From an uncultured virus (IMG/VR IMGVR_UViG_3300043773_001986) (taxonomy: Duplodnaviria > Heunggongvirae > Uroviricota > Caudoviricetes): DNA of 64,000 nt. Shown here in pieces: positions 49,701 to 59,496 of the stretch. The stretch lies in IMG/VR virus record IMGVR_UViG_3300043773_001986; one strand, 5' to 3'. The notes beneath the pieces are model-generated. The model saw only the letters and a list, made by a program, of their open reading frames with translations, made no database searches and had not been told where the DNA came from. The position numbers and the translations under genes are program-made. The stretch's first letter is position 1. Each line of letters opens with the position of its first letter.

Positions 49701-52700
49701 AAAGATAAGAATTTATTTTTTCAAATTGACTTGTTTGAATAGTTGATACAATTTCCTCACCTGTATTACCAGTTATGACAGGTATTTTCATCATATCCCT
49801 CATCAAAGCTTGGAAATTTTTGAATGCAGCTTTAGATGGTATTTCATTTATACCTCCTGGTATATTTGTTGACCCATCACTTTCAATGTCATAAACTGAA
49901 CGTGAAAATTTTAAAAACTCAGTTTCGAAACCATCCAAAACATCTTTAGGGAATATTGATAAAAGTTCCTCAATCTTTGATGGGGTTACTGGACTGAAAC
50001 TAAAATTTTCTTGGTCATCACTTGATGGGTTTATATATTTTAAATACGAATCGTATGAAGGTTTAGTTAATTTATTGTTATCAAAATATCCATAATTTGG
50101 GGCAGTCCAAAAGGTTCTAACAGCACCATTATGAATTGCAGTATTACCAGTAACTGGAATTACAACTGATGAAATTCCATTTGTTGATGTCTTTTTAAAA
50201 CATTCCAATTTTGTTTGATTAAACAAACTACCACTTGATGGTATTTGATACCAAAATTTACCCGCTGGTGTTTTAACACTCACCGACCAAGGTATGATTT
50301 TAGTATTGAGATTTCTTGCTGAGTTTGTTTCATTTATAATTGCTTCAGCAACATATTCCATTGTTAAACCAGAACTTAACGCTTGTTGTATTAAAGTATC
50401 TGAATATCCAACGGATTGTGAATTGGTTATAAAAAAGTTTGAGTCAGTTACTGATTGTGGTAAATTAATAGTATATTGACCAATACCACCAGGTGTTCCA
50501 TTTATTTGTGATAAGATTGTAGTACCAGCTAAAAAACTTGTCCCACCTAAAATGTTACCGATTGTGAGTTGGTCTAAATTTACTGATGAAATTGTTAATA
50601 TTGTACCACCAGTTACTCTTGCAATACCATTTATTTGTTGGTTACTTTTAATTATTTCATAACCTTGATAAAAAACGTTAAAGTCATTTATTAATTTTGG
50701 ATAAAATCCAACATTCATAATTACGGAAGTAGTTGTACCAGTCCCCACACCGATTGTATTGATGTCTTCTAATACTATGTCAACGTTTGCATTATTAATT
50801 GTCAAACTATATGTTTTAGTTGCTGCTGATGTAACTGGGTCATAATTTACTAAGCTATTAAAGTTTTTCCAAGAGTTATCCAATATATCAAAGTTATTTG
50901 TACTTTCAACATATTTTTTATAACGATGCCAAACAGAACCTAATTTTAATAACCATGCGTATGGTACTTTGTGAACACCCGAATATTTTTTTAAACTTGC
51001 AAAAATATAACTCAATGTTTTTTCTTCACCAAAGTCCCAACTTTTATATTTTTCTTTGGGTGTTGCTAATGGTAAACTATTCAAAAACAAGTAAGCGGGA
51101 ACAGTAAAAGGGTAGGGGTCACCATTCCTAAACTTCTGTATTGCTTCTTGTATTGAGTTGGTAAAGTATGGTGTATTAAACATAGAAGATGTTTGATTAG
51201 CCAAACCTAAATTTCCATTATAATTTGAATAATCAACATTACCTTCAGTTATAAGTTGTAACTTATAATCAGTTGTTCTACTTTGTAAAAATGTCTTTAA
51301 ATTATCTTCCGTTACTGATGGTTCACTAACATTTTGAAAAACAAAGTGTGTAATTGGTCTGATTTGGTTAAAGGTCGTATCTTGGTTAAAATTAGTTATA
51401 ACTTTTTTATTTTTATTATAAAATATAACATCTTTCGTATCCATAGCTTGATTAACTGTGGATACACCAACACCATTAGCTAAATTATTTTTACACCAAT
51501 TTAAATTTGTAAATGGAAAAGTGTCAGTAAAATCAACTTTATTACCTGCGGTAGAATCATCAATAAAATTTTGTAGTTTGTCTTCGTCAACAATTGATAA
51601 TTGAGGTTCAGTAGCTCTACTAATAAAATCAGAACTTTTAATAAATTCGAAACTAGAATTAGAAATTTGATTACGTATATATTTTGTATTGAAAATTCCT
51701 CTGATATAATTTTGCCAACTTTCTCCTATACCACCATTAGATATTTGTCTAAGGATTAAAGGAAAAGTTTGAGCATTGAAACCCAAATTTTTAAGTTTCA
51801 TAATTATGAATGGACTATTTACACCCAAACTATCCAAAAGATTACCACTTTCAAACTCGGCTAAAACATTTGATATTTCGTCAGCAGTAGAGTTAGTATT
51901 GTTTGCTCGAGTAATTTTTGAAAAATTAACTAAATAAATTAATCTCTCGTAAATCTCATAAAAGAACTTAACTTCCTCTTTATTACTATAAACTTGATTG
52001 GTTATTGGAAACTCAATAGCATTAATAGATGCACGTTTAATATCTAATACCTCATTTGTTGTCGGTCCGATTTCTTTTCTTTCGGGGTCTCTCTCAGTCA
52101 AACCTTTAATGAATTCTTCAACAAATTCAATTTCAGGCCATTTATCATATAAATAACCTTGAGTACGACTTATTAAAGATTGGTCACCAGGATATCTAAT
52201 TTCATATTTTTCTTGTCCATTTTCACCATTAGTTGCGACAATAAATTGTGGCCAAGGATAAATTGGTGTATTAGTGTCATCACCTGGATTTATATTATCT
52301 TGTGAAGCACCAGCAACTTGTGGGTCAAAAATTGCTTTCTTCCTAACATCACTATTTCTTTCATTCCAAGCTTTAGTATGTACATCATCCATCAATCTCA
52401 AAAATGCCTCACCATTAGCAAAGAACACAGCTAACACATTTCTAATGTTTGGTACAAAACCAATACCATTGTTTTTATTTTGTAATAAGTCGGCCAATGT
52501 CTCAGTCAAAGCATTTTCAATATCCTCTTTTATTCTTTTGAGGTCTGTGTTCATTTGTTGTACTATTGAAGTAAATGAACCATCACCTTCGAAAAAAAAG
52601 TATTTTTTTTCTTGTTTTATGTCCCCATTTTTTGTTTTAAATGAACCCGCTTGAAACTCTAATTGTAATTCCAACTCAGCTTGAAATGTCTCCAATTCAG

Positions 52701-54102
52701 CTGGTGTGGGTTCTTTTTTCTTACGTTGTAGGAAGGTTTCAGCGATATCAATATCTTTGATTTGTACAACTTTTCTGAAGGTATCTATACTTATACTAAA
52801 ATTTATCGCACTCTTAACCTCAGGTTTTTTTCCTATTTTATATTTTCCATCCTCACCAACAGTTTGATTGGTTTTTAATTTTTTATTATTATCATTAATT
52901 TTCCCAATTAATTCACTTTCAGCAGTGTTTCTTTTATCAGGTGTATCTATAACTTTAGTGAACGTATAAACCCTAGTTTTTTTATCAGTCAAAACTATAA
53001 AATTTTGTGTGTCCATATTTCTATTGAACCAAGATTGATTTCCTGCATAAAAATAAACATCACCATAGTATTCCGCTAAGTTAACTCTATAACTTTCACA
53101 ATCACTCAATGGTTGTAAGTTTTCTTTTGCAAAAGTGTCCATTTTATTTTTAATAAAAATGTCCAATCTATCTTTCATTTCCATCAACGTTAGTTCAGGA
53201 AAATCATCAGGTATGATACCTTTTGATTTATATTCACTATAAACTTCTTGAATCTTTTGATACCCTCTAGTAACTGTTCTATCTTGTACGTTTGCTGACT
53301 GATTGGGGACACCACTTCTTTCTTGTATTCTAAGATTTGTTTTATACATATAAGGTGTAGCTAATAGACCAGCCATTGTAATTTCAGTCATTACATTATA
53401 TTTGTATGTATAAAATTGTAAGTCCACATCGAAGTTACCCGAACCAGTATTAAATGAAGCACCAAATTTATACAACATCAATGGTAACCTGATTGCTTTA
53501 CCTAGATACCCCTTTAGTGTTAGATAGAATAAAGGATATGGTAGGTTGAAGAAAACAGCATATGGTGAACTATCACCTGATTCAAATAGAGCTTTACCTC
53601 TTATATCAATCATTTTTATTGATATAACTGGTTCAAATGCTGTGTTAATTGTGACACTAATTGACTTTATACCTAATAATCCAGTGTCAGTAGCACCAGG
53701 TTTACCACCAGTATTAATTGTTTGTCTTACATAGTAGTCATCACTTTTATTCGGATTTTGAAATTGGTTTTTTATTGGTTGATTAATACCTTGACCTTTC
53801 AAAGAATCTTTCCCTGTTATTTCATCAGTCCATTTAGTATTAAGATAATCTTCTCCACCAGGTTGTAGAAAATTAAGAGATGCTACAGATACTGTTTGAA
53901 TTGCATCATTAGCTGCAACACCCACGGCTAATTTAGTTCTTGGAACTACTTTACATTCCAAATTAGCATAATAAACCATATTCTCCATTCTGATGTGTCT
54001 GTCTTTTGCACGACCATCCTCATCAATAATTTTGTTTGGGTCAACTACTATAATGTTGTTATAGTCAAAATCGACTAATATATTTTCGGGTCTATCTACC
54101 AT
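46750..54102 (-). CDS. giant baseplate hub protein (T4 gp27 / P2 gpD / VgrG-like) with large insertions
   Basis: LGIKSISV...ISIKMIDIRG near the N-terminus; RSYTCNIDMLGNALIQP...FSGSYYITSVSHNI..SSFETSFEG hub C-terminal motif; follows the gpX-like gene. Confidence 0.7.
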   Translation of the reverse strand: MVDRPENILVDFDYNNIIVVDPNKIIDEDGRAKDRHIRMENMVYYANLECKVVPRTKLAVGVAANDAIQTVSVASLNFLQPGGEDYLNTKWTDEITGKDSLKGQGINQPIKNQFQNPNKSDDYYVRQTINTGGKPGATDTGLLGIKSISVTINTAFEPVISIKMIDIRGKALFESGDSSPYAVFFNLPYPLFYLTLKGYLGKAIRLPLMLYKFGASFNTGSGNFDVDLQFYTYKYNVMTEITMAGLLATPYMYKTNLRIQERSGVPNQSANVQDRTVTRGYQKIQEVYSEYKSKGIIPDDFPELTLMEMKDRLDIFIKNKMDTFAKENLQPLSDCESYRVNLAEYYGDVYFYAGNQSWFNRNMDTQNFIVLTDKKTRVYTFTKVIDTPDKRNTAESELIGKINDNNKKLKTNQTVGEDGKYKIGKKPEVKSAINFSISIDTFRKVVQIKDIDIAETFLQRKKKEPTPAELETFQAELELQLEFQAGSFKTKNGDIKQEKKYFFFEGDGSFTSIVQQMNTDLKRIKEDIENALTETLADLLQNKNNGIGFVPNIRNVLAVFFANGEAFLRLMDDVHTKAWNERNSDVRKKAIFDPQVAGASQDNINPGDDTNTPIYPWPQFIVATNGENGQEKYEIRYPGDQSLISRTQGYLYDKWPEIEFVEEFIKGLTERDPERKEIGPTTNEVLDIKRASINAIEFPITNQVYSNKEEVKFFYEIYERLIYLVNFSKITRANNTNSTADEISNVLAEFESGNLLDSLGVNSPFIIMKLKNLGFNAQTFPLILRQISNGGIGESWQNYIRGIFNTKYIRNQISNSSFEFIKSSDFISRATEPQLSIVDEDKLQNFIDDSTAGNKVDFTDTFPFTNLNWCKNNLANGVGVSTVNQAMDTKDVIFYNKNKKVITNFNQDTTFNQIRPITHFVFQNVSEPSVTEDNLKTFLQSRTTDYKLQLITEGNVDYSNYNGNLGLANQTSSMFNTPYFTNSIQEAIQKFRNGDPYPFTVPAYLFLNSLPLATPKEKYKSWDFGEEKTLSYIFASLKKYSGVHKVPYAWLLKLGSVWHRYKKYVESTNNFDILDNSWKNFNSLVNYDPVTSAATKTYSLTINNANVDIVLEDINTIGVGTGTTTSVIMNVGFYPKLINDFNVFYQGYEIIKSNQQINGIARVTGGTILTISSVNLDQLTIGNILGGTSFLAGTTILSQINGTPGGIGQYTINLPQSVTDSNFFITNSQSVGYSDTLIQQALSSGLTMEYVAEAIINETNSARNLNTKIIPWSVSVKTPAGKFWYQIPSSGSLFNQTKLECFKKTSTNGISSVVIPVTGNTAIHNGAVRTFWTAPNYGYFDNNKLTKPSYDSYLKYINPSSDDQENFSFSPVTPSKIEELLSIFPKDVLDGFETEFLKFSRSVYDIESDGSTNIPGGINEIPSKAAFKNFQALMRDMMKIPVITGNTGEEIVSTIQTSQFEKINSYLSDFLLYDIYFKFGNPSNYDRKLFLTFSNEEVVDPIVWEKYQIITPNSVPVNGNPTLLFSEVNYPNVWKALRTYVGFSTIQDISYKNSGSYITDFFVDFNVAFTEDNVKSFAQIIKIYATQKLNQFQVNQIEPPQSPPTQPTQIVGITYLKNLFTINIEYYDGKYRTIYKNSGGTPLFESKYESIPLSLRAANNFNVTATTNVYYSAITNQVIETAYNSLSNNPNDPQYIVRQEFVEPQTYTPTPNTTQQKGKNAFQTAMSSYLSQVDNFRDKIVNNLIPKLQKSLANVNMTVEEQKPSKLTGEPQPKVELWESFKALNDKWISGNDYKTKTLFEDVLLLDRANKNIGEEVLIDIFSISDQITNINASASLYSYVTGILQLNHFVVLTIPNYINFYNVQDAIKDPKPRLEGTAEFANTLFGTFLNVDYRESTAKMVCTYAGKASEQPDVKSVDFRFRSDSFDLTRASDNPLVENQVGKKDWDKSNRVVGFNVDIGPQNQGVFKNFSVGQNSSLATSESLQILNQMANQGGNRGGATQSVSLYNLYKNRSYTCNIDMLGNALIQPTMYFNLRNVPMFSGSYYITSVSHNITDSSFETSFEGVRQPVPNLPKIDNYIQNLRANLVSKITELIKQQSTTTTVQQNTNVNSVTNNVTSNAGNGASQQVSQTTNEACKPVEQYSKFVNNTTPTEVTINYQDLIKEIKGQSNDDKLLYTIFFWSYTNSFNGKDGLRVIGNNPGYLSIDQYFGTIGNEKYFCTTKNIPYVEFSSLSNYVEFLIKRWQSRVITLQSNGEQINVDDYVKFAYINSFADSVGKGTESYNKMVGTNDFQKYKDDFNKALQILKPATNVVTQITPPPAPPQPSILQETIVTGGLDGSFQRLTIQIKPNSGLWKIFAVNLDWTSSALCSRSGKNKSIPEYISTDQQSVLINNTDLISRIGCSGVSRNDFIGTYNFVIWVYVNPVLADGRTDQNRQQEIGKYPIQIVL

Positions 54103-54415
54103 AATAGAAGAAATGATTGTTTAATTGGGATTTGTAATCTTGTAAAGAAGTTACTAACGGATATGGTATTGTCAATATAGAACCATCAGGTATGTTCCAT
54201 TCTTGTCCACCATATTGTGGATTAGCCATCAAGATTAACCAACCGAAAGTTGGAGAACCATAATATTGTTGTGACACTTTATCCATTCTGGACATCCCAA
54301 TTTTATAAATGTATCTTTTATCACTACTTTTGTTTGGTAGTTGAATATATGGAACAATCGTTTGTTGTCCGTTTAAAAGAAAATCTGCGTATCTGTTATA
54401 TGTTTGTCTTGCCAT
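54092..54415 (-). CDS. baseplate protein, P2 gpX / T4 gp53 / LysM-like
   Basis: RMDKVSQQYYGSPTFGWLILMANP....IPDGSILTIP. Confidence 0.8.
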   Translation of the reverse strand: MARQTYNRYADFLLNGQQTIVPYIQLPNKSSDKRYIYKIGMSRMDKVSQQYYGSPTFGWLILMANPQYGGQEWNIPDGSILTIPYPLVTSLQDYKSQLNNHFFYYGR

Positions 54416-54418
54416 AAT

Positions 54419-57400
54419 TTAACTATTGAATGAAACTTTTCCATCAAATGTTTGAGTATCTTGATTAGTATTAGTGGTACTAAAAACATTTTTTATATTT
54501 GTTTCTTGTGTTGCATTAGTATTTTGGTTAGGTATCGTTGTATAATTAAATTTTCTTGTTTTACCTTTAGGATAAAGTTTTTCGTCAGGACTACTTAAGA
54601 AATTTTTTAAATATTTATCTTTTCTTAGTTCTTTGAACATTTTTTCCTCTTCCGCTAATTCCTTATCATATTTATTAGCTAACTTATTTACTATCTGTGT
54701 AAATTGATTTTTTAAATTTAGTGGGTCTGAAATTTTAAGAAGTTCCCCTTTAATTATACTATTAATAAAACCATCCCTTTTATTTTTATCAGAGAATATT
54801 CTTGATATAACCATAAAGAAAAGAAGTTCAGAATTATCTTTAAATAAAGAATCATTCAATGGAAAAATTTCATCTAAACCTTCTTCTGTTGTTATAATTG
54901 TATATTTTGCCTCAGTTTCCAATCCTGACAAATAATCATTATAGTCAATCAATGCTTCGTAAACTTTCTCATAATCATAAGATAATTCCTCAGTAGTGTT
55001 AGTTGGTTTTGGACTACTTTCCAAACTTGATGCTGTTACTTCTGAAGTACCTGTTAAGTTATAAACTCTCGGTTTATTACCATTCAAAAGTTTTCCATCA
55101 GTATTTTCACTTATTAAATTTATTTGTCGTATTAAGTAAACAAAATCTTGTTCAAACTTTATAAACTCTTGTGTTATAGTTGTAATACCATTCTCAAATT
55201 CAGATTGAAGTGTTTTAAAATACTCTTTCATATTTTGTTTAACTCCTTTAATTGCTGGTGAATCTAATCCAAATTTTTTAGCATTTAATTCTTCAATAAT
55301 TATGTTAGCATCATCATCAATATCATCAGTTACATTTTTAAATAAAGTGGCCAATGTTTCACCAACACTAGATGGTGCACCCCAGATTGGTGTATCTTGG
55401 TTTGCCCAAGTTGCTCCTTTCATTAAACCAGTCGTATATAATCTTTTTTGATTCACCAATTGTAGAATTCCATAATTATAATTTAGTGTAATCTTTTCTA
55501 ATGTATTAAGTGTGTTATTGAAATAACCTACACTTTGGTCTATTAATGTGTCCATTACTTTTCCGTATGAGATTTCACCATTTTGACCATTAGGTACTGG
55601 TATATTTGTAATAATTTCACCTATAGTTGAACCACCAGGATTTGTCTGTGGTGGTGTTGAATTTTGAGTTGTCGCAGCTTCTTCTCCTGCGGTTAAAGAA
55701 GTAATAATTTCTTGGTCTACAACTTTATAACTTTCATCAGTAGGTGTTGCTCTTTCATCATATATTTCTGTGTTAGCATAATAGTTGAATGATAAAGCAT
55801 TCTGTAATTGTTCTACAGGACCTTTAAGACCCATACCACCAATAATGTCAAATCCCATTTTTACTGAAACTATCATTGGTTGTAATCCAATACCTTCAGG
55901 ATTCATATCAAATTGACCATCTTTTTCGTATGTAAAACTAACACTTTTAGGTATTATCTTTGTATTGTAAAAATCTCCTATTCTAAGTATTAGAACTGGT
56001 GGTGCACCAAATGCAGTATTTTGAGCATCATTGTATCTTGGTTTACCATCAGGACCTATTGTTGGTATCGTTTCACCAGGTTTTGTACATTGATTCAAGA
56101 AAGTTAGACGAGCATTTAAGCCTTCAGGTGTCATAGAATGGAAAGCCGGATTGAAATACTTTATTTTTTCAACAATTGAAGTATATACCATAGGATTTTC
56201 TTCCTTCAATACTTCAAAATAATCACATTCACTAAATAAGTTTCTCAATATTTTTTTACCAATACCATCTTTAAGTTTTTTAACAATATCTACAGTTGGT
56301 TGAACTCTATCTACAGGTCTACTTGATACAACATCAACTTGTTGTGTTTTGACTTCTTTTTGTTCTTCAACATTCGGTTGTTCAATAGTTTCAATATCGG
56401 GTACATCAACAACAATTGATTTTATTATAACTCTTCTACAAGCCATTGCATTTACAGAATATACTTGTGATTGAAAAGTGATAGCACCAGTTGTACTTTT
56501 AATATCCTCAGTACAATTTACTTCAAAACCTGGTGTACCATCTGCCGATTTGGGAACAACACTTTTAGCTTGTTCACCACTTGCAATTTCTTTAATTATT
56601 AGTTTTTTATCATCAATAAATTTTTGTAAATTAGCATCTCCGATTTTAAAAGATTTTAAGAAACTTTCAACTGAATCTATTCTTCTTTGTGACAATTTTT
56701 TATTGTAATCAACTGACGCAGTCGCTGAGGCAGCACCCTCCATTTCTATAGTAATAGTTCCTTTTTTATTATTCAATAAATCAAAGGCATCAGTAATAAA
56801 ATTCTTTTGTCCACTTGAAACTTTTTCATAATTTGTTTTTACAACAGAATCGAAAAACTCGTTGACATTTTTGGCTCTATTACAAAATTCAACATTTTGT
56901 TTACAATAAGTTCCACCTGAAGCAAAAGCTGATTCAGCATTCGTTTTATAAGTTTCTTTTTTTGAAATATAACCATCATAAGTACTATTATATGGAATAT
57001 CACCAGATGATGGAATATCATTGTCAAAATAAAAACCTATACCTAAATAGGCATCAACAAAAGCTTGTTTAGCTGGGTCTGGTGTAGTTTTTTTGACACC
57101 CTGAGGTGGAGTAACATTTCCTCCATCTTGTCCTCCAAGTGGTACATTTTCTTTTGATATTTCTGTTATAACTTGACCAAGTTCTTCTTTGGTTAATCTT
57201 GGATTATTAATAACCTCTTGGTATGTATATAATTCAGACAATGGTATTGTATTAAATTTTTTAGCTAATTCGTAAATGTCAAATTTTACACAACCTGCAA
57301 AAAATGAATCAACTATTGAATCAATTTTTTCTTTAGTTTGACCCTTAAGTTGTTTTTGAACAATTGTGTTCATAACAGAAGGATGGTCGACTATGATTTT

Positions 57401-59458
57401 CCAATTTACTGAACCACTTCTACTTGATTTTGAGTAAGTATATATAGGTTCAGGTCTACCAATAAAAGTTGTTGCATCGAAGGATACATCAGCACTATCT
57501 TCAAATGTTAAATCATAGGGTGGGAACCACATAATTCTACCACCATTAGGTCCTCTTTCACATGCAGGTAAATCATCATATGTAAACCCAGGTTTACTTG
57601 ATGTTCTCCAAGCAAGATTTTCAATTGAGAACATATATTTTTTAGCAACAACTTGACCTTTTGCATTTGGTTGTAGATTTGTTGAACCAGGATTTTTGAG
57701 TGGTGCTATGTTTAAATTATAAGTGTTGTCCAATACAGAATAGTCAAATCTTCTACCTGATTTAGTAATACCATCTGATTTCTGTAAATCACCATAAGTG
57801 TAATAAGGTGTATCTTTTGCAAATACCCTACAATATTCAATACCCGCTTCAGCACCAGTAGTGTTATCTCTATATGATAAAACTCTTGAACCTTTTGTTA
57901 ATTCTTTATATCCATCGTTGAAAACTTTACTAACTTGATTAATTGCATTTCCAACGTGTTTTAATCTCGAAATACCATTAACTAAATCCGCCGAATTAAC
58001 AAGACGTTGAGTTGCATCTAAAATAGAACTTTCTTTGAATTGTAAATTTGTTGATTCGTTACTTGTATATTGTGAACTTATTAAATTAAATTCCTCATCT
58101 TGTGAACCAGTACCACCACCAGGTGTTGCTTTAAAACCAGCATCACTTTTATATTTAGGTGAAACCCACACAAATTGACCATCAATACCTCCACCATCAG
58201 ATGATGATTTACCAGCCAAACCAAAATTTAATCGACCAATATTTCCTTCATATAAACTACCCAACTCACTAGGTCCATAAACCGGTGTTTGTACTTGTCT
58301 TCCGAATGGGTCAATAGGTATTTGTAAAGGTGGTGATGTAATAGTCGATGGTTCAGATGTTCTACTACCCACATAGTAACCACCATTCAAAGTACCATTT
58401 TGATTTATTGTACTTTCAGTTTGTGCAAATTGTGAAGTTCTTGTATATTGTGCTCTATATCTATTATAATCAATATTAGCAAATAAAGCTGATTGTTGAC
58501 CTGTACCAGTGTTATCAATGAAATTCTGTGATGGATTCGTTGTAATATTTAAGGTGAGTGGTAAACCTCCACCTCCAGTTGTTAAATTAGGTACGTTAAG
58601 AGCTAATGATATTTGTGTGGATGAACCAGCATTAAAAAGTACAGGGTCAAAATAATCACCAGCAATAGGTGATACAGGAAAATATGCACCCCCCAAACTT
58701 TGTATAAATGGTGATTCATTAGTTGGTGTTGTTGGTACTGTAATAGTCCAATTTTTAGACCTCAAGGGTTCTTTACCCGCAATAATTAAAGAAATATCAA
58801 AAGGGTCACTTGTTGTATCAAGAGTCAAAGTGCCTTGTGTATTTCTTCTTGTATCAGCATCAACTCTGTCCTGAAAAAGTTTTTTTAAAGTTTGAGCCCC
58901 AAGCTTAGCTAAATATGAATCTTGTGATAATAATCCACTATCACCAGCGGGGTCAGGAGAAATTAGAATCTGATATGGACTATAGGAAGAGGGTACAAAA
59001 GTTGGGGGATTCCAATATGGTGTATATAACTTATTATTGTTTTGTATGTTATCAATAATAACCATATCATTGAATCCTCCCACAGGACCATATCTGTTTT
59101 CGATATATGCTGCGTCAATAAAAAATTCATTAACTAAATCTAGTACTGTGTCGTTTGGACTATATTCACCTTGATTAGAACTATTAATTATTGGTGGGTT
59201 ATTGTATGTGATTGTATAATTATATCCACCTTCAGGTCCATACTCATTCAACGGATAAAGTTGTCTTACAAATGGATTCTGTGAGATTAAATCATCAGGT
59301 GAATTAATAACATTGTAATCACTTAAACTTGTTTCATATGTTCTAGTACCAACAGGTGCTGTATAAACACCAGTCACTGCATAGGGGGGTAAATTCCTAT
59401 TCAGTAAACTATTTCTAAAACTTGATGTTGATGCAAACGATAATGAACTTTCGGACAT
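54419..59458 (-). CDS. tail-tube initiator-like baseplate protein containing an OmpA-like domain
   Basis: FIGRPEPIYTYSKSSRSGSVNW and PPVLILRIGDFY flank YFDND...IEMEGAASATASVDYNKKLSQRRIDSV...RRVII. Confidence 0.65.
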   Translation of the reverse strand: MSESSLSFASTSSFRNSLLNRNLPPYAVTGVYTAPVGTRTYETSLSDYNVINSPDDLISQNPFVRQLYPLNEYGPEGGYNYTITYNNPPIINSSNQGEYSPNDTVLDLVNEFFIDAAYIENRYGPVGGFNDMVIIDNIQNNNKLYTPYWNPPTFVPSSYSPYQILISPDPAGDSGLLSQDSYLAKLGAQTLKKLFQDRVDADTRRNTQGTLTLDTTSDPFDISLIIAGKEPLRSKNWTITVPTTPTNESPFIQSLGGAYFPVSPIAGDYFDPVLFNAGSSTQISLALNVPNLTTGGGGLPLTLNITTNPSQNFIDNTGTGQQSALFANIDYNRYRAQYTRTSQFAQTESTINQNGTLNGGYYVGSRTSEPSTITSPPLQIPIDPFGRQVQTPVYGPSELGSLYEGNIGRLNFGLAGKSSSDGGGIDGQFVWVSPKYKSDAGFKATPGGGTGSQDEEFNLISSQYTSNESTNLQFKESSILDATQRLVNSADLVNGISRLKHVGNAINQVSKVFNDGYKELTKGSRVLSYRDNTTGAEAGIEYCRVFAKDTPYYTYGDLQKSDGITKSGRRFDYSVLDNTYNLNIAPLKNPGSTNLQPNAKGQVVAKKYMFSIENLAWRTSSKPGFTYDDLPACERGPNGGRIMWFPPYDLTFEDSADVSFDATTFIGRPEPIYTYSKSSRSGSVNWKIIVDHPSVMNTIVQKQLKGQTKEKIDSIVDSFFAGCVKFDIYELAKKFNTIPLSELYTYQEVINNPRLTKEELGQVITEISKENVPLGGQDGGNVTPPQGVKKTTPDPAKQAFVDAYLGIGFYFDNDIPSSGDIPYNSTYDGYISKKETYKTNAESAFASGGTYCKQNVEFCNRAKNVNEFFDSVVKTNYEKVSSGQKNFITDAFDLLNNKKGTITIEMEGAASATASVDYNKKLSQRRIDSVESFLKSFKIGDANLQKFIDDKKLIIKEIASGEQAKSVVPKSADGTPGFEVNCTEDIKSTTGAITFQSQVYSVNAMACRRVIIKSIVVDVPDIETIEQPNVEEQKEVKTQQVDVVSSRPVDRVQPTVDIVKKLKDGIGKKILRNLFSECDYFEVLKEENPMVYTSIVEKIKYFNPAFHSMTPEGLNARLTFLNQCTKPGETIPTIGPDGKPRYNDAQNTAFGAPPVLILRIGDFYNTKIIPKSVSFTYEKDGQFDMNPEGIGLQPMIVSVKMGFDIIGGMGLKGPVEQLQNALSFNYYANTEIYDERATPTDESYKVVDQEIITSLTAGEEAATTQNSTPPQTNPGGSTIGEIITNIPVPNGQNGEISYGKVMDTLIDQSVGYFNNTLNTLEKITLNYNYGILQLVNQKRLYTTGLMKGATWANQDTPIWGAPSSVGETLATLFKNVTDDIDDDANIIIEELNAKKFGLDSPAIKGVKQNMKEYFKTLQSEFENGITTITQEFIKFEQDFVYLIRQINLISENTDGKLLNGNKPRVYNLTGTSEVTASSLESSPKPTNTTEELSYDYEKVYEALIDYNDYLSGLETEAKYTIITTEEGLDEIFPLNDSLFKDNSELLFFMVISRIFSDKNKRDGFINSIIKGELLKISDPLNLKNQFTQIVNKLANKYDKELAEEEKMFKELRKDKYLKNFLSSPDEKLYPKGKTRKFNYTTIPNQNTNATQETNIKNVFSTTNTNQDTQTFDGKVSFNS

Positions 59459-59496
59459 AATCTTATTTTAAAATAAATAGATGAATTTTTTTTTTA

